Shown: piece after piece, positions 50,993-64,000 of the stretch
Position numbering within the stretch: position 1 is the stretch's first letter
How the letters are laid out: each line of letters starts with the position of its first letter
Source: Nymphaea colorata
Lineage: Eukaryota
Assembly: GCF_008831285.2 (NCBI RefSeq)
Contig: NC_045138.2
Coordinates: forward strand, 31,744,001-31,808,000
Direction: 5' to 3'
DNA: 64,000 nt
Program-made: the position numbers and the translations under genes
The notes under the pieces: generated by a model
Seen by the model: only the letters and a program-made list of their open reading frames with translations
Told to the model about the DNA's origin: nothing
Database searches by the model: none

Positions 50993-53900
50993 AATCTTAT
51001 CTGAATTAACTATTGTTTTAATTCTTAATAATTCTCTATGCTTCTCGAAGACACTTTTTAAAGAGAAATATTAATTTCTCTAAACAGAGATTAACAACCA
51101 AAAAGCCTTAGCCTACCAACTATTTTAAACTTGAATTAGAGTATGTTAAAATGACTAAAGATGATTTAAGAGGGAAAAACGTAAGTTGAGTCAACTGGTT
51201 AACAGGTATTAATATATAAATGAGAAAAGTTGCTTAAAAATATTAATAGAAAATAATAAATTTTTTAAAATTTGTATAAGTAATTACCTACTGAAAGAAA
51301 GAACCGCATGGTTCGACTCAAGAGCGGAGCCAAAGGGGGCACCGGTAAGAGCCCTGGACCCCTCTCAAAAACAAAAAAAACTTTTTAAAAATTAACATAT
51401 AAGTTTTCAAAAATTTATACTAAAAACCGAACTGACGAGTCGAACATGGTACCGATTCGGAGGGATCACACTCCAAAGAAACCGATTCGGTTGAGTCGTT
51501 GAAACGGCTAGGAAAAGGCAAAACGTGACAAATGGCAAAGTGCCACTTCATTGGTGGCATCCACGCGGGCGCCTGGCAAATTCCGCATTTTGGAAGCAGG
51601 AGAGGGGCCTTTTGGTAATTTGAAAAGGTAAAATGGGACCATCCTACGCGGCTACGCCGTTGAGCCCACTTGACCATGGTTCGGTCCTTCCGGGTCAAGC
51701 CGAGCCTAGGGTCGTGAGCTACAACCAGGGTCGGGTCGGACCTATCATCGGTAAGACTTTGTCGAATTCTGGATCCTGTGGGTAAATAATTCGGATCCAA
51801 CTCATTCCCACCTGGATCTATGAATGCGTATCCAATTCCCTTAACTTCAAGACAGGTCACTTATATGGCGGGTCGGATCTAGGCATGCATTGAACTTGTG
51901 TTTCTTTCGGACCAACACTAATCTGATTATCAATTAAATTTTATTTTTGCTACTTTAAAAAGTATTTACTAAAACACGTTCTATTTTTTACTGGTCTTCA
52001 AAACACACTTAGCAGTTCGGATAATTTTATATTTAACTGCTTAAATTACACAAGTAACACGTGGTTTTTTCGAAAAAAACACAAAAACTTAACTAGGTGT
52101 TTAAAACTTTAAAAAACACATTTTTTTAAAAAAACCGTTAAAAACGAAAAAACACACTTTTTCCTTTTTTTTTTTACTTTTTTTCAGATTTTTAAATGTC
52201 AAACAATCTTTTTTTCATTTTCTATTTTTATTTGTTGCAAGTCTATTTATCTTTTGATGATTGTGTTATTAGTTTCTCACTTATTTTATTTTTTCTTTAT
52301 TTTTAGTTTTTTTTTAATTTATCATATTTTTTTATTTTTTTCAAGTTCGGCATATTATACCCGATAAAAACCTCGTCGTTTAATTGTATGAATTACACAT
52401 AAAAAACAGCTAAACAAAACATTAGACCTAATTGTGTTTTTGTTATACCACTAAAGTCGAGATAATATTTGTAAAATTTTCCATTGAGTTTGATAAAGTC
52501 ATCCCACGGACATCCCCAATACGAATTCAAAAATGTGGTTCGTTTGGGTCTAGCGCACACTAAGGCTGGGTGTTGGCTCGGGTCAAGAAAAAGGCATCGG
52601 GTTGGGTTGGCTCGAATGAGCCTGATTCGACCTGATAAATTTTTTTTTATTATATATTTTATCTAGGTTCAGTGGCTAACACCGAACCTGTCTTCAGCCA
52701 TGTCACAAGAACTTTTCATCCTTCCATTAGAAAATTCTATGTCTTCGAAATTCATTTTATAGCTTATAAAGGGGCAGCCAAGCCTTCTTCTTGTTTACCA
52801 TTAAGGGTATTTTTGTTCATTCTAAGTCCCAACACACGGTCTCATGTTAGGGGGCGAATTATATCAAGAGATTATTAAAAAGGCATCTGATGTCAAAAGG
52901 AGACCTGTAAAAGAAAAAATTGGAAAATGAATAAGGTTCATGATAAAATTATGTATTTTCTAGAAAGTAAAAGAATATCCATCTCCTACCTAAAAAAAGT
53001 AACACGGTGCCTTGTGTTAGCCACCCAACAGGCAGTGTCATCTAAAGAGTGTACAAGTCACTTGGAGAATCTAGGGTAGGTGTATATGAGAATGCAGACT
53101 TATGCTACCAATTTATATGATTAAAATATGGTTTTAAATTCTTTTAGATTGATGTAATTGGAGCCGAATTTCAATATATTTGGATCTTCAAAAAAAATAA
53201 ATGCGCATCAAGTTTAGCAATACAACAAAATTAAGCAAACACGGAGTATTCTATTCTACCATCTAGCTGAGAACCGAAGCTCTCATGTTTTTCACAATTA
53301 CATGCTATCGCATGTTGATGTTGTCAGGATGGTTAAAATTTAAAAATTATCGTTAAAAAACCATCAATATTGGTATCAACCATGATTTATTTTAACTATA
53401 TTGGTGACATATGCTAGCACTAACTTATATATATATATATATTGCCCGCATCAGCCAAACAAAAATCTTATTATAGCTTTCTAAGATCACATTGTCATGA
53501 CTCAAAAATTACATGTAATGTTCATACCAAACTTATGCGGCCAACTCAAATGCCCTTTTAATGGAAAAATCCTCGCTCTGCAGTCGTGTACTTCACTTCC
53601 AAATGCAGGAAGAGGTCACTTTCACACTAAATCGCAAGTTTTCCCACAAAAAAAATGTGTCTCATTTGCATGCCTTTGATGAATAGTCTCTTAGAATTCC
53701 ACCAAACAGTGTGGATGGGGACATAATAATTTGTTAGACGACAAACGAGAGAAAAATTTTCCTACCAACCGATTTTCCGCCCTTGTTTGCTCTTTGTCAG
53801 TGGTACCACATATAGGCCCACGATTATTTTCCCAGGGCCTTCTTATTTAAAATAACTAAAAAATTATTTAAAATCATTGAAAGAGCTAATAAAAGTCCTT

Positions 53901-54315
53901 ATTTTAAAACTAGAACCATCTCTTATATTTTATTCTAGAATATATGTGAGCCATAATAAAAATTTCCATCTAGATCGTTGTTTTTTTTTTTTTTAATTTC
54001 TTCATCAAACGTGAGATATATAATAGAGGTTGGTTTCCACCTTATGCCTATGGGGCTGAAAACGTATTCCAACCCTACAACTTGAACGGCATTCTCATGA
54101 TTTTGTAGGGATATTTTGGACCCGTACCAATTTGCCCTTACAGGGTGGGGGTCTCACATTTAGCCAACAAAGACATTTTGGTAATTTTAAGCCCTGTTAT
54201 ATGTCATAATATATATTCTGCTCCATATATAGTAAGGTTACGGAGATAGAAAATAAAAAGAAGACATTAGGAATGAGAGAAATGTAGAATCTATTTTTTT
54301 TAATACAAACACACG

Positions 54316-54415
<100 letters not shown>

Positions 54416-54584
54416 GATTGGATTTCTCTTACGTATCTCTTTCTCCCTCCCTTACCAAGTGACAAATAGTGCAACCAGCCGGGTTAAGAGGCGTGTTATA
54501 GCTATGTACTCAGTTCAAATTTTGAAGGGTGCTATTCTATTGGTATTGAAGAGTGTTGATCTTAAAAATAGAGGTGCCATTACT

Positions 54585-55090
54585 TAGGACTGCACACGAG
54601 CCAAGTTGAGCCCAAGTTTGGTCAGCTCGAGCTCGACTCGGCTAAAAAAACTCGAGCTCGAGTTCAACTCGAACTCCTTATGGCACGCTCAAGCTCAACT
54701 TGACTACACAAAATCAAGCTCGAACTCAACTTGATTAACCGATTTCACTTGTTTAGGCGTTAACTCGTATTAGAATTAACTCATTTAACTCATGTAAATG
54801 TTAACTCATGTAACTCATTTAGCTCGTGTAACTTGTGAAAATTTGTTTTTACCCTCAAAGTTAAAACCGGTGAACCATTTTTTATAGTATTATATAGAGT
54901 ATCAGTTTGCGACTCGAGTCCAGTATAAACTGAGTCGAGTTCCTGAAACTAGAACCGACTCATTTATCATTTTGAGTATCTTTGTAATCTCAAACTCAAC
55001 TTGTTTATAAACAAGTTAAGCACGAACCGAGTTTTTTTCGAGGGAGTTCAAGTCAAGCCCGAGTTAGCTCGGACTCATTGTGTAACCCGA
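54585..55090. mobile_element. GAGCTCGA-rich MITE, inverted relative of 9023-9545
   Basis: Termini TAGGACTGCACA...TGTGTAACCCGA; TSD ccattact/ccatttcc (6/8); collinear with the reverse complement of 9023-9545 but without the 34-bp triplication. Confidence 0.8.
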
Positions 55091-56039
55091 CCATTTCCCT
55101 TCCTTCCCTCCCCCTCTCTTTCTTTCCTTCTTTCTCTTCCCCCCCCCTCCCTCGGACATTGTTTACCTGATAAAATAAAAAGAAAAAGGAAAGGTTTTCC
55201 TTGAAATAATAAAAAATGACCAAAAAAAGGTTCCATTAGTGCGGATGCACACATGGAGGGGAGATATTTTTACCCACTTTTGAAAAAGTTACTTCCAGAT
55301 GAGATTCCTAATCATAAGACCCAATATGTCCATACGTGGTGAAAGTGATGGTCCCTGCAGCATATTGACCACTGAAATGAAAAGTTAGCTTTACAAGTGC
55401 TAAAGGCAATAATATTACATGTTCCACTTCTGCATCGGATATATTGTGACATCGAATCTCCTACTTTTTGCCGAGAACTTCCGTACGCACACACACCTAA
55501 TTAGATGCAAACAATATATATATGGATGGATGTGACTATAATCATTCAATTATAGTTTTATACAGGTAATCATAAATTAATCTCATTAAATTATAATCTA
55601 ATTATGTCATTAAAATAGGCTTATCTAAATTCGAATAAGCCAATATGAGAGTGCCACATCTCACATGCTTTTTGTTTTTTAATCATTTTAAATACCAATT
55701 TAAGAAAAGTATTCAAGCGACATATGATCGTAGCAAAAAGTTAGCTTTTAAGAGACGATCAACTCGAAAAGATAGTTAGAAGTTTGATAAAATAAAGCAA
55801 ATCTCTTTGTACAATTCGGTAAGGATGCTACCTAACCTACCTCGACTAGCCAATAAAGAAGAAGAAAAAAAAAAAAGATCCCACTTGCTTGCTTTCTAAA
55901 TCTAATTTGAAACGATATGAATTTCAAATTGTTTGACTCGCATAGAGATAAGTAATGCGTATAAATAATATAAACTAGTACATAAAATAATCTTATATAA
56001 TGATGATGATGATCTAAAAAGACACTTCATCCTTGGGGA

Positions 56040-56492
56040 ATTTGATCGGCAGATAATTCATATATCTATTTTACCATATCAACCCGAGTTAAATCATATA
56101 TATTAAAATTTTCTTGTCAAATGTATATTTTACCATATCTATTTTTCCATATATCTATTTACTTGAATTCTAATTCAGACAAAGAAAATCCTATACCATA
56201 TCTGAAATCCGAATTCATAATCAGAATCCGACTTTTATATTAACATCTGAATCCGAGTCCAATTATTAAATTGAATCCAAAGCACATTATTGACATTGAG
56301 TATAGGATATTTACTGAAACTTATACCCAATTCTAATCTAAATCTGGTCAGTATTTACTTAATCTGAATGTAATTGGATGTCATTTCTTATATCCGAATC
56401 CGATTTGATTCCTTAATCAGATATCACATTTTCTTCTCTATGATTTTTTTAAGTTGGATATCAAATCTAAATTGGATCTATTGACATCCCTA
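56040..56492. mobile_element. Degenerate ATCCGA-rich MITE
   Basis: Ends TTGACATCCCTA; ATCCGA/ATCTGA subrepeats; left boundary approximate. Confidence 0.6.
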
Positions 56493-57021
56493 TTTACAAA
56501 CTATGTAGGGAGCTACACTCTCAATATCAAACTCTCAGCCTTTTTTAACTCAACGCTGCCTTTGATAGCCTCGGATCTCATATCCAAGTTGCTCAGAGAG
56601 CGATGAGACATAGATCTCATGTCGTCCAACCCGGCCTGTATTTTGCATTCAACTGTAGATCTGAAATCCACTTAAACTTGTTTTTGGTTTTTGGTCAGAA
56701 CAGTGGATTTTGCAGTCCAATCTCATGTCACCTTGGTTTTAAGTTGGCAATGTAGCTAGACAGTGGTGGGGCCGGAATGCGTGAGTGGGTACTAATGGTA
56801 TATAATTTAAACTAGAAGGGACACTCATATTTAAATAAATAAAAGTATGTAAGGACTCAATGTGTAAATAAAACAATTTCTGTTGACTGGTGTGGGCGAT
56901 CGCCCACATTAGCCCGCGCTTGTCTCCGCAACTGTAGCCAGGTGAATGGAACTCTTGTTAGCAGATTGTAAACTTTTGGAGAAAGGATAACATAACATTT
57001 TGGATGTAAAGAAAACTTTAG

Positions 57022-57144
57022 AGGCGTTTGGTAACAGAAAGGACACTGCGTTCTTTACAATGCATTGTCTTACGAATATGAGATCACGTTCATGAAGCAC
57101 TGCATAGGTTTGAGAGAACATAGTGTTCCTGTGACCAAACACCT
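57022..57144. mobile_element. Short Tourist-like MITE
   Basis: TIR AGGCGTTTGGTAACAG...CTGTGACCAAACACCT (14/16); TTA in both flanks. Confidence 0.55.
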
Positions 57145-57248
57145 GATTAGGGTTTTTGGTTTTGATCACTGAATTATGAACTCTAAAGTTGCTTTGGGTT
57201 CTTGTTCTAAAATTTTTGAAAGGATGCCCTTTACCAAAGACCCTGAAC

Positions 57249-57524
57249 CATAGTTGACAAATCCGTGACTCAGACTTAGTTCCGCGGACAACTGGGTCAC
57301 TGAATCAGCGAGTTGACTTGTCGACTTTCAAATAACAATAATGTATTTTTACTGCAGCAGAATCGGCAATTTCGGGCAAGTCGGAGCAAGTTGGGGCCCG
57401 GTAGGACCAAGTCAGGGGCGAGTCAGGTTCTACTTTGCCCAAACCTTGACTCGTGGCCAGATTTGTAGGTGATCCGAGTTGGCTTGGGCGATTCCTGAGT
57501 CAGCCGGCGAGTTTGCCAACTATG
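57249..57524. mobile_element. hAT-type MITE (276 bp), GACTCG/CGAGTC-rich
   Basis: TIR CATAGTTGACAAA...TTTGCCAACTATG; perfect 8-bp TSD CCCTGAAC at 57241-57248 and 57525-57532. Confidence 0.9.
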
Positions 57525-58492
57525 CCCTGAACATCACTATTTTAGGGATGTAATTTTGAATTACTTAATTGAGGCAAATGGGTACATCTAAAGTCGAATC
57601 GAAGAATTGGATCTAATACAGCAAGAAGATGACATTGCAACTTGGCTTATCGTCGGTCAAGAAAGCAAACAGATCAAATGCTCTTGATCAGAATCTAAAA
57701 TCATATCCAAACACAATCCAACAAGGGAAAAAACGAACCAAAATTCAGAAAATACCTGGAACCAATCGAAAACAGCTAAAAGCGCATTATTTATGTTTAA
57801 TATTAGTGTTGCTCTATTTGGATTTTGTTCTAGATCTATGCTAGATCCAACAAACTATGCTTGATAGTCCCAAAATCTTGTCCAAATGCATGCTTGAATC
57901 TAGGTGATCCAGATCTCCGCTTGAGTTTTCAAAATCAGAATCTCAATCTCACTGGCATCGAACAAGAGTGAGTAATTAGTTAGATTAATATTTGAATGTA
58001 TAGATGCTTCTAATCAAATTTATTCTAGATTGCCTTTAGAAAGATTATACAGTAAATTTTAATGCTAGAAAACACAGGTAAAAAGAAGAGCGACAAATAT
58101 AAAGTCTCTGTTGTGTTTGAAAGTTCACTCAAGGCACAAGCTGTTCCAAGAAAAAGTTGTCAGTTCGAGTACATAAAGCAGAAAAGAAGGCACAACAAAA
58201 CATATTATAATGAAAAAGTAAAACTGGCAAACCTTAATGCACATCTATAATAGATCAATAAATAAAGAAGCAAAGAAGTTGAGGCGCATTTGGTGCATGA
58301 TTTTGTCATGTGACTTGTCTTTTTCATTTTCCATCATATAGTGGCATAAGATGACACCTCAAAGAACCACTCAGAGCTTCTTTTGTTGTTTCATGTCAAA
58401 TTTTTGTTTGGTTGGAATGAGTTGTGCGGTGTGTCTCCAGTTTAACTTAACTTGTGAAAGAAGCCGATGTAGGTTTCCACGTGCAAGTTGAA

Positions 58493-58762
58493 TAGGGATG
58501 TCAACGGATTAGATTAAAATTGGATGTCCTTAATCATATCCAGGATATTCACATATTCAGAATTGAATTCGGATTCAAACAAAGAAAAATCACATCCGAA
58601 TCTGAAATCTGATTTTACGATTGGAATCCGAATAGATTTTATTATGGGAATATATTGATATTCAGAATTGAATTCGGATTCAAACAAAGAAAAATCACAT
58701 CCGAATCTGAAATCCGATTTTACGATTGGAATCCGAATAGATTTTATTATGGGAATATATCT
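58493..58762. mobile_element. Truncated ATCCGA-rich MITE with a near-perfect 105-bp tandem duplication
   Basis: Begins TAGGGATGTCAA; units at 58553 and 58658 are near-identical (one visible substitution in the shared ~100 bp). Confidence 0.8.
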
Positions 58763-58995
58763 GAAAAATAAAAGTAAACTCGTAAAACACTAAAATATTG
58801 TATTTTGTAAAATTTGATGTAAAGATTAAAATAAATTCAGGCATTGTGGTGGTGCCTCCTTGAGGGCAGGTTTGTTATTTAACTAATTTTCACGGGCCAT
58901 ACCGACCAGTCCTTTTGCCAAAAACTGTATGTAAGCCACGTGGAAGCACTCGGACAACACTGTGGGTAACCTGAGAAGAAGCAAACGGGGAAGAG

Positions 58996-61393
58996 ATGGA
59001 CGAGAAGAGCGTGATTGTCGCCGAGGACGGCCCTTCTGCTGCGGCATCGCAACTCTCTGCTGTCCTCTTCGGTAATCTCTCGTTCCCTCCTTTTTTTCTG
59101 CGAAATTCCGCTGGATCTTTCATCTCCTTGAGGCATTCCAGCGAAATTCGGCCGGAAACTCCAAGGGCGAAGAGGATCTCGTGGAACCATCGCCATTCCC
59201 CCCTTTTTCAACGTCCAGGGTGTTCTACTTCTGCTCCTTCCTTACTCAGTGGATAAGGCTGCCGATCCATTCTTCTTGCTTGATTGAATCGGCTTATAAT
59301 TCTCAATTCTCTACGATGGCTAGTAAATCTCCTGCTTCCCAAAATGTTCGCGACATGAGTGACGACGGGCGACGGCCTGGGTGACCGGGAAAACTTGGAG
59401 GGAAAACGACGGAAATTTTCAGTCATTTTGAAAATGAAGATTGACCTAAATGCCCTTCAGCGTCGCGTTCGAGTCAGCCCCCTGAGGCCCTAACTGGGTC
59501 CGTCTCCAAGGTCGAGATCTCTGTTAGGGCAAGTTGTACATTTTTTTTTGTTGGGTGACATTGAAGTTATAAAATATGTTGATATATTTATTGAATAAAA
59601 TATGTTGATATATTTTATTGAACTTTCCTCAGCTTTTAGTTTATAAAATATTAGAAAAAAGAAAGTTGCCTTGGGGAGGTTTGATTATTTTTTTTTTCAC
59701 CTTTCTCGCCCTAAGACAAAGCATTGATTAAACAAACGTGATTCTTTTATTGAACCTAACCAGATGAATTAAGCATCGAATTTATTATTGGATTACATCC
59801 AAATCATTGCCATTCCTAATGTTATAAATATATTAGCTACTTGAAAATTTCTAATATTTAATATTTTTAATTAGTTTAACTTGGTCTTCAATCGTTTTAT
59901 AGGTAGAAAAAAATGGGAGAGAGACCGACTTAGCCTTATAGTATCCAATTCACCCTTTCAGCAAAATGACACAGGTTTCCCTTCGCTATATCACGCCAGA
60001 AAAATGATACAGGACCCCTACTGATATTAACAGAATGAGCAGTTGTCCCCAACATATGAGCAGTGGTTTCAAAATAGATATTTCTTAATGTTTACTTGGG
60101 AGAGCATAAAATCCTCAAGACCGTACTCTTACACCATTCTGGCTTATTTTGGGATTTGAGTAGGCCTACAATACATCCTTTTACAACTCAGAACAGAAGA
60201 ATAATACACAGAAGCATCACAGCGATTGCAAGATTTGAACTTTGAACTCCTTTAGTGTGAGCCCTCTTGCTGCTTGTTTCATTACGTCCCTGCAGATTCT
60301 CAAGGCTCTTACACAAGAAAACTGCATTATTTTCAGTCTTTCTTTTTAACCTTTATCAGAGAAGGGCGAACACCAGTAAGAAAAAGTTTAATCACGCCAA
60401 TGGTGATTATTCGTGACTACAATCTGATCCATGCCTTATCCACTAATTACAGATCAAATGCAGCAAGCACAAGCAGCATATGACAACATGCTCAAGATGA
60501 TCAGGTGATCTCACCTCTTACATACTTTCCTCAGTCTCAGTATATTTCTGGTATTCTGTTAATTTTAAAGCTTAATCTAGGTCTGGGTCATCAAGTTGTT
60601 GTTTGTTCTTGCATCAGAAGTCGATGTTTGTTCTAATCAAATTGGTTGATCTTGATCATGATCAGACCTCGAATGACTCTGGGTGAGCATGCATGTTCTT
60701 GGGGAGTCTAACTGGATCCACATAGAGTTGGTCCGGAGTTTGGGCACGCTACAGGATCGGCCATCTTTGGTCTAGGCTTGCATTTTAGTCCCTGATGCGT
60801 GATTAGTCTTCATTTAATCCCTTGGTTTCCCATTTCCAACCCTGAAGCTGCGGGGGCTCAAACAAGTCCAGGCCTCAGGTTCATGCCTTCCAAGCAGCCT
60901 CTGATAGTTCAACTTGAACTTAAGTTCGTCACTGAACGGGTCGTCCCGGCCATGTTCTTGTTAGGCAGGCTCCACGAATTATTGATGCGTCCAACTAGTG
61001 GTGGGGGAATTCGGACCTATTTGAATCTGTGATCTGGCTGATGATCCGATCTGCTCTCGTCGTGTCACCATGTACCCACGTCCTGTGCCAGGTTAGGTTT
61101 AGTCAAACCGAAGGCGGGTTGTACAAATACTATGAACAGACACAAAATGCTCCCTGATCTGCACCAACTGCGTCCGCAAATGAAAATGTGTGTGTCTACT
61201 TATTGAAGCTTGACTGGTTTCCTTGGAATAAATTGACAGTGAGATAGATAGAAGCTCTTCTGAGATAACGGAGGAAGTGGGCAAATGCAAGGAGTGGGCA
61301 ATTGAGAGGAAGAAGATGGTGGAGGAAGAGAAGGAGCGTTTCCGGGTAGCTGCTCTTAGTGCCTTGGATCTCCTCAACACAAGCGGCCCCTGA
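58996..61393 (+). CDS. Small 3-exon helical/coiled-coil protein, 93 aa, uncharacterised plant family; TEX12/SYCE3-like (hypothesis)
   Basis: Exons 58996-59071 (GAGATGG start, TTCG|GTAATC), 60453-60504 (TTACAG|...ATCAG|GTGATC), 61240-61393 (TTGACAG|...TGA); phases 1 and 2 join cleanly to MDEKSVIVAEDGPSAAASQLSAVLFDQMQQAQAAYDNMLKMISEIDRSSSEITEEVGKCKEWAIERKKMVEEEKERFRVAALSALDLLNTSGP. G-box CCACGTGG ~60 bp upstream. Confidence 0.85.
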
Positions 61394-61556
61394 TGGCACC
61401 ACCAGGTTCTGCCCCTCTACTCTGCACAAGAAAGATGATATACCTAAAAACTTCTTGAAAGTCGCAGGTCGTACAGAACATAGTTGGTCGTAGCTTTTGT
61501 TCAAGCTTTGCCATGTGCAGTTCCCTTGGCCAATTAAGCACAGCTAAAGCAGAAAG

Positions 61557-61631
<75 letters not shown>

Positions 61632-62989
61632 TGTCTGCGTTTGGACAGAAAAATCCACCCATCTTTCATAGCAGACCACTCGATGCATAACGGCCATATT
61701 GATGGACGAAGGATTTTAACTCCGACACACACACACACATGAAAATTTCTATGCAGCCATGGGGCGGATGGCTAAAAATTAAAAGGTTATTGTTAAAGCA
61801 CCATGAATTAATTCCTCAATAGACCATGAACTGTTGCTGCATTATAAATCGTCGGTAATGCGCTGTTTTTTAATAATAATTTTTTTCTTTATCCATCAGC
61901 AACATCTTACATGCGCCAACATAAAATTCCCCTATAATTAACACCTAACACAATTAACGAGCATCTCTTGATATGCATTTTTAAACATAATCTAACTACA
62001 TGCCGTTCTGTCAATTTTTAGGCATGTTCATTAAGAAATGTTGGCAAAGAATTTAATAGCACAAAAGAAATTATCTGATAAAAGATTTTAACAATCAAAC
62101 GAGAGAAAGCTCCTATGTGCAGCAACACAAATCTGCTCCGATGGGGAGGTTACGCAGAGGCACGGGGCTCCACCCCAGCGTGAACAGCAGAGTTCGAGAG
62201 AGTTTTTGCTTGCTTTAATTTTCACATTTTATTTTTATGCTTTTCTTTGTCTACTCTGTTAAACATTATCCTGGAAGGCCAAAATAGCTTGTAAGGCTCC
62301 ATACGGGACGAAGATGCGCTTTTCGGTTCTTGTCATCGGAAATTCAAGCCATCCATGGCCACCAGTAGTAATAACAATGATTCATGAACACGACCAGGCA
62401 GCCCACACCATAATTTCCAATCAGAGATACCGCACAGCATGCGCCCATCCATATCAGGCTTTAGGGCTATGATTAGAAATCCCGTTTAGAAGGTAACGGA
62501 CAGAATAATTAGCTATTTTCACATAAACCCAATCCTAGCAATATCTAGCTTTACATAAAGCATCGTTTGATCACCACAATCCTATAAGTTCTTCTACTTG
62601 ATCATAGGACGCCCATACTTATGTAAGCATAGCTGTAACTAATCCAACGCCCAAAGCCGGTCGGGTATCTACCCCAATCTTTAAGACAGTTTCACATAAC
62701 TTTGTGGGAGTGTTCGTTGTCAGACACCCCCTTATTATTGCACTATGTTGCTATAAAATGGAGAGCTAGTGAGGAGGGAGTATGATAACCAATTCAAGGG
62801 TGAATCTGTTTTAATATCATTATATCAAAACCCAGCAGCCCAATTTTATCCATCAGAGATTTTTTAGTGGCTCTCACTTGTGACTAACAATTATTTGTTT
62901 TAGGAGTTGAAATTGCTTTTAGCAATTGACGATCATCCAACACACGTTTTTGTTTTGTATAGCCTGTTAATTTTCCCTTGCATAAAAAA

Positions 62990-63061
62990 TCACCACCTGT
63001 GAAATTTGACAAACCATAGGGCAAAATAAATGCTCCAGACAGGGACACAGAGAAGGGGGGT

Positions 63062-63103
<42 letters not shown>

Positions 63104-63353
63104 GAGACCACACCAGTAGATCACTAGAAAATCAACTCAAAATATAAGTTATTTTTACACAGTCAAAATTGGAACATATATATTCTTAACCAAAAAAGGG
63201 GGAAAAGGAAACAGGCGCATAACCTTTAGCCTTGCATCCTTTGGCCTTGATCTGTACACGATTTTACAGCACTGCTGGAGAGAGTACTTACAAGTTCCGG
63301 TCAAACCACTGTCTGCACATATCGACAACTGGAAGTGCATTTGACAGCAAGGC
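62990..63353 (-). CDS. Probable last coding exons of an unidentified gene entering from the right edge
   Basis: Acceptor TTGCAG then 63353-63292 encoding ALLSNALPVVDMCRQWFDRN(L), consensus donor TT|GTAAGT, CT-rich intron, acceptor TTTCACAG then G TGG TGA (62996-62990), giving ...RQWFDRNLW*. Family not recognised. Confidence 0.45.
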
Positions 63354-64000
63354 CTGCAATATTTGGAAGTAAAACCTGTTAGTGTTAGAGCAATGTGCAT
63401 CCTCCACTAAGCCATTCATTTCCCAAGTCCACAGATGAACCAGCAGTAATGACAGGAAGATAATTGCAAGTTTGCCCCAAGATTGATACGAGAATCAAAA
63501 TGGGTCACATACGACAATGGATCAGCTAGTAGCAAGCTGAGTTGATTTGTGCAAAGAAACCTGAGGACTGTTACTTTTTAGAATTTAACTTCCAAGTGCA
63601 GTAAGGGCAACTCCTCCGTCTTAAAGGACACAACTTAGTACATATACAGGCCTGGTTCCTGTTCCATGGTTTGATCAACTCCTAACCACCAAAGTAAGAC
63701 CTTAGAATCATCGAAAAAAAAAAGCTGCTAAGAATTTTTAACAATGAAAGTTGGGAAGTTTTACTTTGTGAAGAGCATAGAATTAGAGAAACAAGTATGT
63801 TTAGCAGCAAGACGCCAAAAGAAAGCTTTGTTATGGGCAGGATTTAGTTTTGCAGGACATAAAAAGGCTGGGAGAATGCATATGGAGTATGGACTGAAAT
63901 AAAACAGAAAACTTATATGGCATTCACCAAGAAAATACTGATAAGGCAGCGTTTAACTTCTATAAATTTTTGTTTTGATGTAATGGAAGAAGTGTCTATT

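Noticed and set aside
58879..59426. Minus-strand ORFs of 72-110 aa
   Set aside because: Better explained as the antisense of exon 1 and intron 1 of the plus-strand 93-aa gene.
63602..63627. AAGGGCAACTCCT resembling the IPS1/miR399 target-mimic start
   Set aside because: Lacks the CCTTTGGCA half needed to pair with miR399.

Overview
AT-rich flowering-plant nuclear DNA with intron-containing genes; no prokaryotic features. Genes reconstructed by hand from splice signals and reading-frame continuity: (1) 5' part of a minus-strand gene for a chloroplast/thylakoid-lumen protein with a twin-arginine signal (PsbP-domain PPD5-like, tentative); (2) intronless BAHD acyltransferase; (3) PAM2+CUE protein of the CID5/CID6 type; (4) class B DnaJ; (5) 11-exon CENP-C with a ~75-aa tandem duplication inside exon 6; (6) 7-exon PHR1-type MYB-CC factor with two GC-AG introns, a uORF-rich leader, a U6 retro-pseudogene and a long hairpin in its last intron; (7) a 3-exon, 93-aa helical protein not assembled by the ORF track, which resembles the synaptonemal-complex central-element proteins TEX12/SYCE3 (the main candidate for novelty); (8) probable terminal exons of another minus-strand gene at the right edge. 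Intergenic DNA and introns hold many hAT-type MITEs, several with perfect 8-bp TSDs and one nested, plus local tandem duplications and compound (TA)n(GA)n microsatellites. Comparisons with known proteins and RNAs are from memory; no searches were run.
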